A DNA stretch of 64,000 nt from Rhizodiscina lignyota (Eukaryota), in contig ML978127.1 of the NCBI GenBank assembly GCA_010015805.1, forward strand, positions 1,860,001 through 1,924,000. The letters are read 5' to 3'. Positions 12,512-25,559 of this stretch are shown here, one piece after another. Positions within the stretch are counted from its first letter, which is position 1, and every line of letters starts with the position of its first letter. The notes beneath the pieces are model-generated. The model ran no database searches and had not been told where the DNA came from. It saw nothing but the letters and a program-made list of their open reading frames with translations. The position numbers and the translations under genes were made by a program.

Positions 12512-14708
12512 ATGGCCGACTTGAACTCATGGGAAGACGACCAGGACGCTCAGGATGAGTCGCTCTCGAGACAGGCACAGCAGAACCTGCACATGGGCAA
12601 TCCAGCCCAAAACAACACATTTCAGCCCGGTGCTGCAGCGTTTCAACCGGGCGTACAGTCATTCCAGCCCGGTGCGCAGTACTACAACCAGTACAATCAG
12701 TACCAGCAAGGATACGCTGGAGGGTATCCACAATATGGACAACAACCTTACACGCAATACAACCAAGGGTACGGCTACCCATATCAGCAGCAAGGATATA
12801 TGCAACAGCAACCGCAACCGCAACAAGTTCAGCCTCAGCAGGTGCCTATGATAGCGAAACGGGGCGAGAGTCTACCACAAGCTCCTGCCCAGAGACCAAC
12901 GGCTGCGGACTCGAACAACGGAACAACGGCTCCCAAGGCCAAGGTCATGTCCATTTCTGCTACTGACACCGCAGCACCTCCCAAACAAGCCAAAGTACTC
13001 TCGATCGGCAGCGATGCTTCAACGAAACTCGAGACGGGAGGTAAGACGAAAGTCCTGAGCATCGGCTCCACAGCACCAGAGAAACCTGCAGAGAAACCCG
13101 CAGAAAAGGCCCCCGAGAAGCCAGCAAAGAGTGACGAACCGGAGGCTGGGTCGAAAGCTACCGCCGTAAAAGCCATCGAAAAGACAGGGGAGACCGTCAC
13201 AAAAGGTACAAGCTCACCTGGAAAGACGTCCCCAACACCATCGACCGGTCGAAACAGCCCTAGCGCCGCCGATAAGAAGATGATGAGAGAAGCAGATGCT
13301 GTGGCGAAGGAGCAGGAAGCAGTGATTGATGATGAGACACTGCGAGAAATGTATGGCAAGGAGCATGTCAATGTCATCTTTTTGGGCCACGTTGATGCGG
13401 GAAAATCGACACTTGGTGGCTGCATTTTGGTCGTAACTGGCATGGTAGACGAGCGAACACTGGACAAATACAAGCGAGAATCTAGGGAAGCTGGACGAGA
13501 GAGTTGGTTCTTATCTTGGGTGCTGGATTTGAACAAGGAGGAACGCGCCAAGGGAAAAACCGTCGAAGTCGGTAGAGGCTTCTTTGAAACGGAAAAGCGA
13601 AGATATTCCATCTTGGACGCTCCAGGCCACAAAACTTTCGTACCCAACATGATTGGTGGCGCTTCCCAAGCAGACGTTGGTGTACTAGTCATATCAGCGC
13701 GAAAGGGCGAATACGAAACTGGGTTTGAGAAAGGTGGTCAAACCCGAGAGCATGCGATTCTGGCGAAGACACAAGGTGTTAACAAACTTATTGTTGTGGT
13801 GAATAAGATGGACGACCCGACCGTCAATTGGAGCGAAGATCGATACAAACAGTGCATTTCGAAATTAAGTGTCTTCCTTAAAGGTGTTGGGTACAACCCA
13901 GTAACAGGTCAGTACATTTGCGACAGGAAGGAGAAGTTCAAGAGCTTATATAACTGCAGATCTCACATTCATGCCTGTATCCGCTCTCACTTACAAAGGC
14001 ATCAAGGACCGCATACCGAAGGAAGAATGTCCTTGGTACGATGGGCCGTCGCTTCTCGAGTACCTCGACAGCATGACAGCTCTCGAACGAAAGATCACTG
14101 CACCATTCATGATGCCCATTGCGGCCAAATATCGAGACATGGGTACTATGATAGAGGGCAAGATTGAGGCGGGTATCTTGAAGAAGACAGATACGTACCT
14201 CATGATGCCGAACAGAGAGGCGATATCCATCGCAGCTTTATACGGCGAGACCGAAGACGAAATCCCTCAAGCGATTGCTGGAGATCAGGTCCGTATGCGT
14301 ATCAGAGGCGTAGAAGAAGAAGATATCCTCCCTGGTTTCGTGCTCTGCACATCACTACGACCAGTGCACAATGTCAGCGCGTTTGAGGCTCAAATCAACT
14401 TGCTCGACATTAGGAGTATCCTCTCGGCTGGCTTCAACTGTGTACTCCATGTGCACGCGGCGCAAGAAGAAGTCACATTCGCTCAGCTCCTGCACTCGTT
14501 GCAGAAAGGTACAAACAGAAGGAGTAAGAAGCCGCCTGGTTTCGCAAAGAGGGGCGATAGGATCATTGCCCGCTTGGAGGTCATTGGTGGAGCAGGCAGT
14601 GTCTGTGTGGAGAGGTTCGAGGATTATCCACAGTTGGGACGTTTCACTCTGAGAGATCAGGGACAGACGATTGCGATTGGCAAGATTACGAAGTTGATCA
14701 CGGAGTAA
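12512..14708 (+). CDS. SUP35: Translation release factor eRF3 (GTPase) with Q/N/Y/G-rich N-terminal domain
   Basis: GHVDAGKST, DAPGHK, NKMD GTPase motifs and GRFTLRDQGQTIAIGKI C-terminus; intron 13908-13959 (GTCAGT...CAG) joins the two track ORFs; ATG at 12512 (MADLNSWEDD). Confidence 0.97.
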
Positions 14709-15394
14709 ACGTATTCACATTAGTTGCATGAATAGCGGTATGGGACGGGGTTATGGGATGGCTCATGGATGAACCGTATGTAAAGGATAGAAAGGGCATT
14801 AAATCTACTGCCCCTCCACTATTTCGACATACAGAGATGCATGATACAATGGGCCCATCATTGATAAAATGAATTACGACACTGTTCTCCTGTTGGGGCG
14901 AAACTGCTCTTTACTTCCTGAAGAGCAAACATTGAAATAATATCGACCGAGGCGCTTTTGAGAATGAATTTCACGCGCCTCTACGGGCCGATGCTAACCA
15001 TTCTTAAGCCGAGCCTTTCCTTTGTCGGCCATCGGCTGGTCATCTTTAGCTTCCAAATCCTCGGTTGACTTGGACTTCTGACTTTTTCGAAAACACGCTT
15101 ATCTTCAACACAGCCCTCTTTACCTGGCTGCAACGCAGAAACCTAGGAGTTATTGGGGCCTGGTACCGACTTGTCACTATCTTGCTCTCGAATTGGCAAG
15201 ATATGCATTCCAGATCGGCCGTATCATCCTAACCCAAATCGTTGCGCCGGAAATGCAGAATTGTCCATTCAGGCGACGGCTTACGAGAGCGCCGTTGCTT
15301 CATAACTTTGATAGTACATAGCTTAGATTGAAATTCTTCCTAATAATCATATACTTGGGCGTCCCCTAAACTTTCACGTCTTTCTCGTGCAAAT

Positions 15395-17140
15395 ATGCAG
15401 TTCTTCGAAAAGATGCCTGAGTCGTCCTTGATACTCGTCGCACTCTGTGGTAGTGGCCTTTGTGCCCTACTTTTCGTAATTCCTCCCTATTTTTCCGTTT
15501 TCTTTTTTGCTTGTGCCGAGAGTAGCTAATAGAGATATAGGCTATTTCAACAACAATATACCGGCTCACAGCTCATCCGCTTGCGAAGTATCCCGGGTTA
15601 TTCTTCTGGCGCATTTCACAGGCTCCTTCAGCACGTTCAGCATGGACTGGGGATAAACATCTCAAACTACTCGAAGCCCATAAGAAGCATGGTACTAGCG
15701 CTTCAGATTCTACAGCGCTCTATCCCATTGCTGACGCTCGACTACCCAGGCTCTGTTGTTCGCGTAACCCCGGACACGCTCTGCTTTAATACAGAAACGG
15801 CTCTTCGTACAATCTATGGTTCGCGAACAATAAACAACATTAAATCACAGTACTATGTTCTTCAGCAGCAACCTCCGGGAAATCCTTCTCTGTTCAGCGA
15901 GACTGATAAAGACCGCCATGCCCGCCTTCGCCGTGTCATGGCGAATGGCTTCTCTGAAAGGGCAATAAGGTCCGCAGAAGTCCATGTACTTCAGACCTTA
16001 CCAGCTCTGCGTCAGTTCATTGACAAGCGATGTGAGGATGGCTCTTGGTCAAGTGCAATCGATATGGCGGATCTCGCAGCGTACTATACGTTTGAGGTCA
16101 TGGGGAGAACTACTTTCGGCAAGCAGTTCGGTATGCTCGAAAAGGAAGACGAACGCTACATGAAAAATATCATTATTGGCAATGGACGATATATCAATGC
16201 AGTAGCCTGCTATCCCTTTATCTTGAGCGAATGGCTACTCACGCATAATATCTTCAGCTACCTTCCTGGAAAGTTCGCACAGCTGGCAAATGAATCCAAA
16301 ATCTTTGAATCATACTGCGCAAAGCATGTAACGGAAAGGCTCAGTAGTACCACCGCGGAGAAAGAAGACACCAAGACATCCGCAGATTTCTTTACGTACG
16401 TTCAAAACTTCAAGGATCCAGAGACTGGGAAGGGATTATCAGATAAGGAGTTGGCCTCTGGGGCGATGCTCCTCATTGTAGCTGGCGCTGATACATCGAC
16501 GACCACTCTGGCAGCGCTGTTCTTCTATCTCCTACACAATCCGCACACGCTCGAGCGCGCCACAGCAGAGGTCCGATCAGCATTCTCAAATGCATCCGAG
16601 ATATCTAATGGGCCGGCCTTCGCATCTCTAACCTACATGAACGCGTGTATCGAGGAAGCACTCCGTCGCTCTCCTCCTGTCCCCGGGATTCTTCCCCGCG
16701 TTGCATTGTCAGGAGGCATGACCGTCGACAACCAGTTCATCCCCGAGGGAATCAACGTCGGCGTTTCGGCATTCGCGATCCACCATAATCCAGAGTACTA
16801 TCCAGATCCTTTCACGTACCGCCCGGAGAGATGGATCGCCGGCAGTTCGCCGGACGCCACGGCAGAGTCTGTAGCCGTCGCGAAGCGTGCGTTCTGTCCA
16901 TTCGGCATCGGGAGTAGGGGGTGTCTCGGGAAGGGCTTTGCGTATCTGGAGCTGAGACTTGCTGTTGCGACAATATTGTTCAATTACGATGTTAGACTTG
17001 ATCCAGAAGATTCGATGAGAGGCGCTGGAAGGAAAGAGTGGGATGCGGAAGGACGAGGAAGAGAGAATGAGTATCAGCTACAAGACTGCTTCATATCGGA
17101 CAGAGATGGTCCCATAATCCAGTTCAGGCGTAGGCAGTAA
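15395..17140 (+). CDS. Cytochrome P450 monooxygenase, short 5' introns
   Basis: AGADTS I-helix, EALR (ExxR), YRPERW and FGIGSRGCLG heme motif; upstream exons give a hydrophobic N-terminus and HPLAKYPG. Start at 15395 inferred. Confidence 0.92.
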
Positions 17141-17531
17141 CAGAATTGAGATAGAATCAGATATGAGAGTTATTGGACTGTAGTTAGAGAACAGAGCGAA
17201 TCGCGACCCTGTGGATCAAGGATAATTAAGTTCTGTGTTCCTATGTGTGCAATTCGAGTGCTCTGAGTTAAGCAGTAGGGTTTAGAGGAAGTGCTGTAAG
17301 CAGTGTTTCTGAGATGTGTAATAATAAGTACTCCTGGATATGCAGGTATCGTAAATTTAATGATTCGATGTGAGATGACACGTTGTTGTGATAGCGCGTC
17401 CCGAGATCTTGGGTCGTGATGAGACGACGCCACTTCTCATCATCCAAGCTCACATCAATTGGCACGAGTAGATAAATATGGCTCTCAATACACCAGCCGA
17501 CGGCCTGCTCTGAACCCTTACGAACTTCGCC

Positions 17532-18587
17532 ATGGCCACTCTCCCGATCATCGACATAGCGCCGTACCTGGCGCCTTCCTCCACTCCAGAGAGCCGCCAT
17601 GACACTGCGCAGCTCCTTCATAGGGCATGCACCGACACAGGTTTCTTCTATCTCACAGGCCACGGCATCACTTCAGCTACGACTGATCGTATCCTCGACC
17701 TCGCGCGACGGTTCTTCCTCGAAAGTTCGGACGCCGAGAAGGCATTAATTCAGAGAAAAGATGCCGGCTTAGATGATGGGGACGGTGGGAGAGGATACCA
17801 GAAGATTGGCGAGAATGTCACAGGTGGCAGAAGAGACTTTCACGAAGCAGTTGACTTGTATGCACCGGTGCAAGAGGAGCATGGTCCGCCTTACAAACTG
17901 TTGATGGGGAAGAATCTATGGCCTCAGCGGCCGCAAGAGCTGAAGCCGGCATTTGAGAACTATATCAAAGAATTAAAACAAGTAGGCACCGCTGTAGTCA
18001 AAGCAATGGGGGATGCACTAGGGCTGCTGGCGACCCAATCGGATGAAGGAGCCGATGTCTTCGTAGAAGCCACCGGGAATAGCTTTTGGGTTATGAGAAT
18101 GATTGGATATCCAGGTCTTCCTGGCACAAACGCACAGGGTGATCTGAATGGAGATGTCGAACAATTCAGCTGTGGTGCTCATACAGGTATGTCCCCAGTG
18201 TTTATGTCTCTAATTCACCTGCCAACATTACGAACAGACTACGGCTGCGTGACACTCCTCCTAGCAGATCAAACCCCGAATTCTCTCCAAGTCCAGGCTA
18301 AATCAGGGGACTGGATGTCCGCCAATCCAATTCCAGGAGCTTTCATCGTGAACATTGGCGACATGATGGAGCGCTGGACGAATGGCATCTGGAAGAGCAC
18401 CAATCATCGCGTCATCCATCGCGGTGAGAATTATCGGGTCTCTGTACCCTTTTTCTTCGAGCCGAACTTTGATGCTGTTGTCCGTCCACTGCAGAAATGC
18501 GTACGTGAGACAGGTGGAGAGGCAAAATATACTGAGGTTGTATACGGGGATTTCCTGACCAGAAAAATAGCAGGCAACTTCTATTAA
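17532..18587 (+). CDS. 2-oxoglutarate/Fe(II)-dependent dioxygenase (DIOX_N + 2OG-FeII_Oxy type)
   Basis: LPIIDI, ACTDTGFFYLTGHG, HT/DYG (HxD split by a 51-nt intron at 18187-18237), NIGDMMERWTNG, STNHRV, RVSVPFF. Confidence 0.93.
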   Translation: MATLPIIDIAPYLAPSSTPESRHDTAQLLHRACTDTGFFYLTGHGITSATTDRILDLARRFFLESSDAEKALIQRKDAGLDDGDGGRGYQKIGENVTGGRRDFHEAVDLYAPVQEEHGPPYKLLMGKNLWPQRPQELKPAFENYIKELKQVGTAVVKAMGDALGLLATQSDEGADVFVEATGNSFWVMRMIGYPGLPGTNAQGDLNGDVEQFSCGAHTGMSPVFMSLIHLPTLRTDYGCVTLLLADQTPNSLQVQAKSGDWMSANPIPGAFIVNIGDMMERWTNGIWKSTNHRVIHRGENYRVSVPFFFEPNFDAVVRPLQKCVRETGGEAKYTEVVYGDFLTRKIAGNFY

Positions 18588-18840
18588 TGGGTATCTACAC
18601 GGCGACACCACTTGGATCAGGCGAGTATGGTTCCGCTCAGCGCCCAGCCGATTAGAAAACACCTAGCGGCCAGCGTCCCATTATAGCAGTCCGGATTCTG
18701 GATACTCGGCGCATCGACCGGAAAGCAGATAGACTTGTCTCCAACCGTTTGTGCTAGTCTCGTATATCTTCGTTGATGAAGAATAAATCGGCACTGTATC
18801 GTCCGCGAGGAAAGAACTTGACGCCATGGCGAGCCTTAAG

Positions 18841-20634
18841 CTATGGCGAACGGCTCTCCTCGCTTTCCAGAGACTTCAGATATTCATTCGCAACTGTCCA
18901 CCTTCTCCCAAGCGCCGCCAATGCAGCCTTAAGATCAACAACCACGTGCGACAACTCGCTCCTCCCTGTCTCTTGGATGTACCAGATGAAATTAATGGCC
19001 GCTGCGTACAAACAGTCACACAGAAACGGACTCGTTTTGAGCAGGCCGTCGGATTCTATTGTCCTAGAGATCTTGCTTGCAAGCCCGTGTATTTCACCAC
19101 ACACGTCGTGCATACCAGCGAGTGCGATGCTCTGCATCTCCAATTGAATCGGAATGCCAACGGAATCCGTGTGATCTGCCTCCGTACAGGTGTACATATC
19201 GTACAACGCTATCTGCGCGCTGTAGCAAATTGCTATCCCAGTCAGGAGGGACATTTCTGAAGCACGATCTGTCGAATTGTGCAGTTCGTGGGAAATACCA
19301 GCGCGAAAGGCTTCGATTGTTCGATGGAGAAGCATTGCCTCTTCGTAGTAGAATTGGGCATCATTGTGCTTATCCTTTACGTGTCGTAGAATTCGGGAGA
19401 GCAGATCGGACGCTTGACAGGTTCTTGCGAAAGGCGACGCGATGATATTCGTGTTACAAGAAATGGCGAGGGACGGTATCGGTGCAGGCTCCTGCAAAGC
19501 TCAGTCAGACGAGATTTTCGAGTTGTGGGAAATGGTGGGTTAATAGTACGCCTTTCTCCCAGCTCTTTTCGTCCATCGGGAGAAGCTGGTCCGGCCTTGC
19601 GTCCTCGCAAGCATACCCACAATTGGTTGCGCCAATGCTGACGAATCTAAACACAAACTTAAAGATCAGATAGACTGCTCCAAGAACTTCACGAATTCTC
19701 TGTCACATGGATCGATCACCTGTCGAGTATTATGATGCCCCATGTAACTCTTCTCATCTCTTCAAGTTCGGTCACAGACCCTGCATCAACTCAGAAAATG
19801 TTCGATATGTCACATCAAAGGTTCTCACGAGGACTCGGAAACATCTGCGCAACACCCTTCAAATTGTTGATGCCCATGGCCCCGGCTACTCTCGCGCAGT
19901 GGCCAACTGTCAAATATCCGGCTGGATAGATCGCGTGGGCCATTTCGTACAGTCCTACCAGCAGAAGCCCTTGCAAGAATCTGACGGACAAAAGATGCCG
20001 GCTCTCTAGATGGGATGCTAGGCGTTTGGTGGACGCGTAGCGTTCGGCAACCTGCCCACTGGCATCCTCGACTGGTCGACATATGAGCTGCATCGCGTAT
20101 AACAAAAAGACAAGATCAGGCTTCAAGGATTCAACGGGGTCCTGGATATGCTGGTATATCCGAAGCCGCGATACTATTAACAAATCAGCATTGATTGAAT
20201 ATAGTCGCTTGCCAAATATGGCACATGGACTACACTCACTGATCGGAAAGAAGGTGTGTATTGAAGTAAAGTATAGATCCGCATCGTGCTGCACCTGAGC
20301 AGTATTTCCGATGTGGTCCAGAACTCCGAGAGGCAGCTCGATCTCGGGGATCTGTACCGTCAAACCTCGTCTGCCAAACGTGTAGGCGTCCAGGAAGAAT
20401 AAGGCCGGAAAAGCTGGAGGTCTCGTTTCCTGTTCGCGTTCAGAAGCCAATTTGCGCATTGGGATTGACAATGGATACCCTTCTGGTGCGTCCAGCCTCG
20501 TCGAGAATATATTCGCAAATTCGTCCGCTTTTCTTGCATAATGAACACGCAGGCAGTCCTTTGTCACATTTTCGTTTCTGCTTTCTGCACGTCAAGCAGG
20601 AATAACGGGCCAAAGTTTGGGCCGACTGTGCCAT
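18841..20634 (-). CDS. Zn(II)2Cys6 transcription factor, multi-exon
   Basis: MAQSAQTLARYSCLTCRKQKRKCDK at 20634; middle exons with YFTSIHTFFPI and LYEMAHAIYPAGYLTVGHCAR; last exon ORF 18841-19497. Confidence 0.85.
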
Positions 20635-21203
20635 TTCCGCGTACGAAATCTCAAGGACATCTAAAGAGGCGGCCAAACACGGCTGGGACCGCCGAGAAAT
20701 ATAGGTGTTGCGGCCGCCTCGCGGACTCTGGGGGTGCTGGATTGCAGGCGATGCGGTTCGCATGCGGACAAGTTGGCAAGGACTACAATGTCGAGCCCGC
20801 CCTGCTCAAACTCCGCGTCTCCGTTCAGAACGCACCGTTCAGTTACGACATTATAAAGACTGCAGGCTGACTCAGCGTTCGCCACCTTGTTTCGTTAGTC
20901 ATGACTAAGTCATCAGCCCAGTTTTATTCCCTCGATCTTCATATGCGAGTCTTTATTCCCCCGTTCATCAATTGCGGCTGCGATAGTGGATATGCAGACC
21001 GGAATGTTTTATAAATCGTCAATCACGCTTCGAAAGATGCTGCCAAGGCTGGCAAGTCTGGTGAAGTCCGGTGTGCCGTCTATAAATCTACAACGCGTTT
21101 CCCTCTTTCGAACGTTACTCTCAGATAATTTGAGTTCTTCGCATTGCATTCCGCCCTCTCGCCTCCCCCTGACTTTCCATCTCATTCTCGCCTCTCTATC
21201 CCC

Positions 21204-22361
21204 ATGCCTTCTAAGCTATCTTTCGACGCGCTACCAGATCTATCAGGAAAGGTTTTCGTGGTGACAGGCGGAAATGCTGGAATGTAAGCCCTACCGTTCA
21301 GCTACAAGCAACTGACCATGTTAGAAGTGACTAACACATCTGAAGTGGCAAGGCAACTGTCGTCGGCCTCGCAGCTCATGGCGCCCGCGTCTACATGGGA
21401 GCCCGAAGCGAACAGAAAGCCCTAACCGCCATCAACGAAATCAAAAACGAATTGCCCGAAGTCGACATACGATACCTTCACTTGGACCTGTCCAGCTTGA
21501 GTAGTGCTGGCGAGGCCGCGAATGCTATTTGCCAGTATGTTTAGGCCCCCTTTTAGTCAACAACACGTCCGCAATTGTCAATATGCGATCGGACAATGGT
21601 CATGGCTAAAGGTTGTTAGGCAAGAATCAGCGCTCCATGGCCTGGTCAACAATGCCGGTATCATGGGCGTCCCGTTCTCAAAGACAGCGGATGGTTACGA
21701 AATTCAATTCCAGGTGAGGTGTTCAAGCATCCCAGTTGATCCTGATACTGATTATGCCTAGACAAATTACCTATCACATTGGCTTTTAACGTACCGTCTG
21801 CTTCCCTTACTTCAGTCTACGGCAAGAACCTCGAAATCTGGTGACGTCCGTATTGTCAATTTAACTTCTGACGGTCACGAACGCTTTCAACAAAAAGAGG
21901 GAATCAATTTCAACGACATTGGCTTAGAGGGTGCATCAGCAATGGCACGATACGGGCAGTCGAAACTGGCAAATATTCTGCACGCAAAAGAGCTAAACAG
22001 GATGTACGGACCACGAGCAGAAGAAGGGGATACCGGCAGGATATGGGTTGCTGCTGTCCATCCAGGCCACATAGACACCGATCTCAATCGACAAGCAACT
22101 GGTACTGCACCAGAATGTGTGCTCAAGGTCATGACACCTATTATGCGGATTCTCGGGATCTTGAACGACCAGGAGAAAGGAGCTTGGTCATCGCTGTGGG
22201 CTATAGCTAGTGCGGAATTTACTGAAAAGGACTCCGGGGCTTATGTGGTACCCTACATGAAGATTGGCAAGCCAAGTGCCCTCGCAAGGGATGAGGAGCT
22301 CGCGAAGAAACTATGGGCATGGACGGTGGATGAACTTGAGAAGAAGAAACTGTTGGATTAA
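21204..22361 (+). CDS. Short-chain dehydrogenase/reductase (retinol-DH/WWOX-like), multi-exon
   Basis: MPSKLSFDALPDLSGKVFVVTGGNAGIG, LVNNAGIM, NYLSHWLLT, YGQSK (YxxxK), VHPGHIDT. Confidence 0.92.
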
Positions 22362-22992
22362 TGTCGCAGCGGATTTGTTTTCTGTGGTTTATGGGCATCG
22401 TAAATTTTAAAAGTTCAATGTATTTAGATTTAAGCTCTGTCCATAATGCTCTATCAGATGGGATGATGTCCAACTTGGAGAGGAGATGGAGTCGCCGCTT
22501 TATGCCGTTTCCCTTCAAAATGTTCAAGAAAGCGGCTTCCAAGGTATCCTACAGGGTTGGCTTCCATTACAGATATAGCTGTTGAAGTATTGAAGAGATC
22601 AGCACTTAGGTAGTTTGCAGACATATATCCTGGAAACTGAAATATCTCGTTAGCGTTGCTTAAGGGGGTGCTAGCCGAACAAAACCTCTGAATTTACGTC
22701 CGCTCAGATCGGAAAGACTTTGGGATGTTTCCGATGCCGAGGCGTGAAATGATACGCTATAAATGAACTAGTGCGTAAAATCCCCCTTAACCTGCACTTC
22801 TTCCCTCACTACATATCGGACTTACATTTCCTAAACATCTTCAAATTTATGATCATGTTTGTGCCTGGTTCGTGTCCCTACCCCTCAGTCTCAGACATAG
22901 ACATAGACATGGCAAGGCCGACTGACTTTAGACGAGCTCTATAGTGTGGAATACGGGATGCAAAAAGAGAATGCCTTCGGACAGTGTCGTAT

Positions 22993-23913
22993 TTACAATT
23001 TCAACGCTTTTCTCAACGCCTGCTTCTCTTCCTTGCCTTCCAGGTATTTAGAGAAGGGGGTCAGTTCAATTCCGTACTGATCCAATGATCCATCTTCAAT
23101 TTCTAGACCTTCTTCATTGGCCAGAAGTTCAAACATTTGCAGCAGCACCTTGCCCGTCGCATCTTTAATTTCTTCTTCCGTACGATAGTGAACCTTCACG
23201 TCCACACCCGCAGTCTTACTAATAGTCCTTGCGACTTCCTCAATCGTCATATTTTCATGGCCAAGCTCAATCACCTTCCCCGAGAACTTCGCCGGATGCA
23301 GGAATGCCGCAACGGCAAACTTTGCAACGTCCTCAGGTGCAATATGTGGCATTCGAGTCTGTGGCTTGTATGCTGTGGCCAAGGTGTGACTCGGCATGTC
23401 TGGGTAACATCTGGGAAAGAATGGCGCTAGGTAGTTATTCGTCAGCCATGCTGGACGGAGAATTGTGACGTGAGGCAATCCCGACTCGAGGACTGCCTTT
23501 TCGCTTTCAAACTTGGAGCGATAGTAGGCTTCGAGGATGCCTAGCCTTTCAGCCCATTCCGGGTATCTACCAACGTGGAATGATGTTGCAAACACAATGG
23601 TGTTCACAGATTGTACTGTCCGAGCGGCTCGCACGATGTTGTTTGTCATGTTGAGCCAACCACCTTGAAGAGCCTTGGGATCAGGCGGAAGATTCCAAAA
23701 GACTCCTGAGCAGCCCTCCAACGCCGAGATGACTGCCGCTTCATCGTCGAAACGCCCCTCATACAGTTTCACCTCAATGTCGGCCAATGCCAATGCTGCG
23801 GGTGAGTTCCGATCTCGAACCATCGCGTTTACGCCATGACCATGCTGGCGGAGGAGACGTGCGACTGCGCCGCCTTGAGCTCCGGTAGCTAAATTGATGA
23901 GAAATGAGGGCAT
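22993..23913 (-). CDS. NmrA-like NAD(P)-binding protein
   Basis: Intronless 306 aa; ATGAQGGAVAR Rossmann motif, YYRSKFESE, TILRPAWLTNN, IAPEDVAKF. Confidence 0.9.
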   Translation of the reverse strand: MPSFLINLATGAQGGAVARLLRQHGHGVNAMVRDRNSPAALALADIEVKLYEGRFDDEAAVISALEGCSGVFWNLPPDPKALQGGWLNMTNNIVRAARTVQSVNTIVFATSFHVGRYPEWAERLGILEAYYRSKFESEKAVLESGLPHVTILRPAWLTNNYLAPFFPRCYPDMPSHTLATAYKPQTRMPHIAPEDVAKFAVAAFLHPAKFSGKVIELGHENMTIEEVARTISKTAGVDVKVHYRTEEEIKDATGKVLLQMFELLANEEGLEIEDGSLDQYGIELTPFSKYLEGKEEKQALRKALKL

Positions 23914-25559
23914 CTTGGGAATTTGGACTCTTGAGAAGTCTTCTGGGAGAAGTTTTGAACAACTGGAGAATTTAAAAACGTATCATTCCACGGATGCGTC
24001 GCTTAAATTAATTAATGAAGCGATGTACTGGCATGTAGTTGGACCCAATGCTCCTGAAGATCGACTCTTTGGGTAACTTTTAAGTCCGAACATTAGGCTT
24101 TCGAGCGAAAAGGGAAAACGGGTAGTGCTAGTTCTCGTAAACCCATTGGCCCTTAATGGTTAGTTGCGAGATTTGATACGACCGAGGCTGCTTAATGAGC
24201 CCCTTCATGCCATCTAATAGGCCACTTCACAGGGAAAGAATCCAATACAAGGTAAATACGTCAGTGCTCCAAGCGTTAAGCGGAAATCTACCCAACTCCG
24301 AAAATAGCATGGGATCACAGGACGGAATAAAGTATTAGATGCTGACGTAAAGCGGCAATCGACTTGACGCAAGTTCTGAGTTGCCGGAAAAGATATGGGG
24401 CAAGCGAAGCGAAGAATAACTTCACTAAATGCCATATAGATGCCCCTTCCATGGTTTCTTTTGATTACGAATATATTTGTAGTTGCATACCCCTTACTCG
24501 AAAGACAATTGCTTACTCCTTAATTTGTAATATGCATGTGCCGTGGCCGTGACAGAACTGCGCGACGCAATCGCATACGGCGTACCCTACCCATCCATAG
24601 CGGGGAATTCTTCTGCGACTACATTCCGGTGAAGAGATGCATAACGGGATTGTGGCCTCAGCTTAAGGGTAACAGTGCCACAGTGCAATCCGGCGTCCCA
24701 GAACGGTAGGCCGTGCGAGCGACCAAATGATATGCGAATATTCTGGCCCCAAGAGCTAGAGGCACAGATATCTCACCCTCTTTGCGACGGTGTCCACTTT
24801 CCAATCACCTACATCTTGCACGTATACCCTCGAAAGGACTACAGCGCCCCAAATCCCGAATCATTTTCAGCTCAGAATGTTCGATCGTCCATTGAAAGCC
24901 GTTCCAAATTAGCATTCGCCCATGTGACTCTACTACATGCACACATGCATGGCCTAAAAGTCATCGATCACGAAGCATGACTTCGAACAAGATGATGCGG
25001 GGGCTAAGGCAGAATTAATGTCGGAAGAAAATCGCTACCACTATTCGTAATCAATGGGAATGTAAACAGCGGTGAGGGACTGTATGAATCCAGAGCGATA
25101 TGGACGTAGAGACAGAAGTGGTCAAGATTTATCGAGCACATGGTCGCAGCGTTCACCTTTCCCAGCCATTCACACATCACCCCTGCTCAAGTACGAAGGC
25201 AGGGAAACGAACGATGTGCAAAAGTATGATTCAGCAGCGGACTGGACAGCACAGGAGAATTGAAGCCAGACATCGAAATCGACACTTATCTCACGACGTG
25301 AGTTTGTTTGCTGAAGTCGCAAACCTTGGCGTGCACGGTCCCCAGAACTTGCCTCTAAATTGGTCTCATACGTCAACGACTTTGAAATGCCCATCCTCTC
25401 CATCATCGCAATTTGCAGGCGCAGATCGAGCTGAAACCAAGATCTGATCTCATCTAGCTGGCCCTGCCGATCAGCTCCCAAGATGCGACCGTTTCCCCTA
25501 AGGCTAAGTAGCCCACCACACCCACTATCTTTTTTTCTCGCGAGTTGCGTAGCATTCTC

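Noticed and set aside
12835..13692. Long antisense ORFs over SUP35 (also over the GH3, dehydrogenase and cyclophilin genes)
   Set aside because: Shadow ORFs from codon bias of the real genes.
18187..18237. Apparent 17-aa insertion breaking the HxD motif of the 2OG oxygenase
   Set aside because: It is an ordinary in-frame 51-nt GT..AG intron with a CTAAT branch point.
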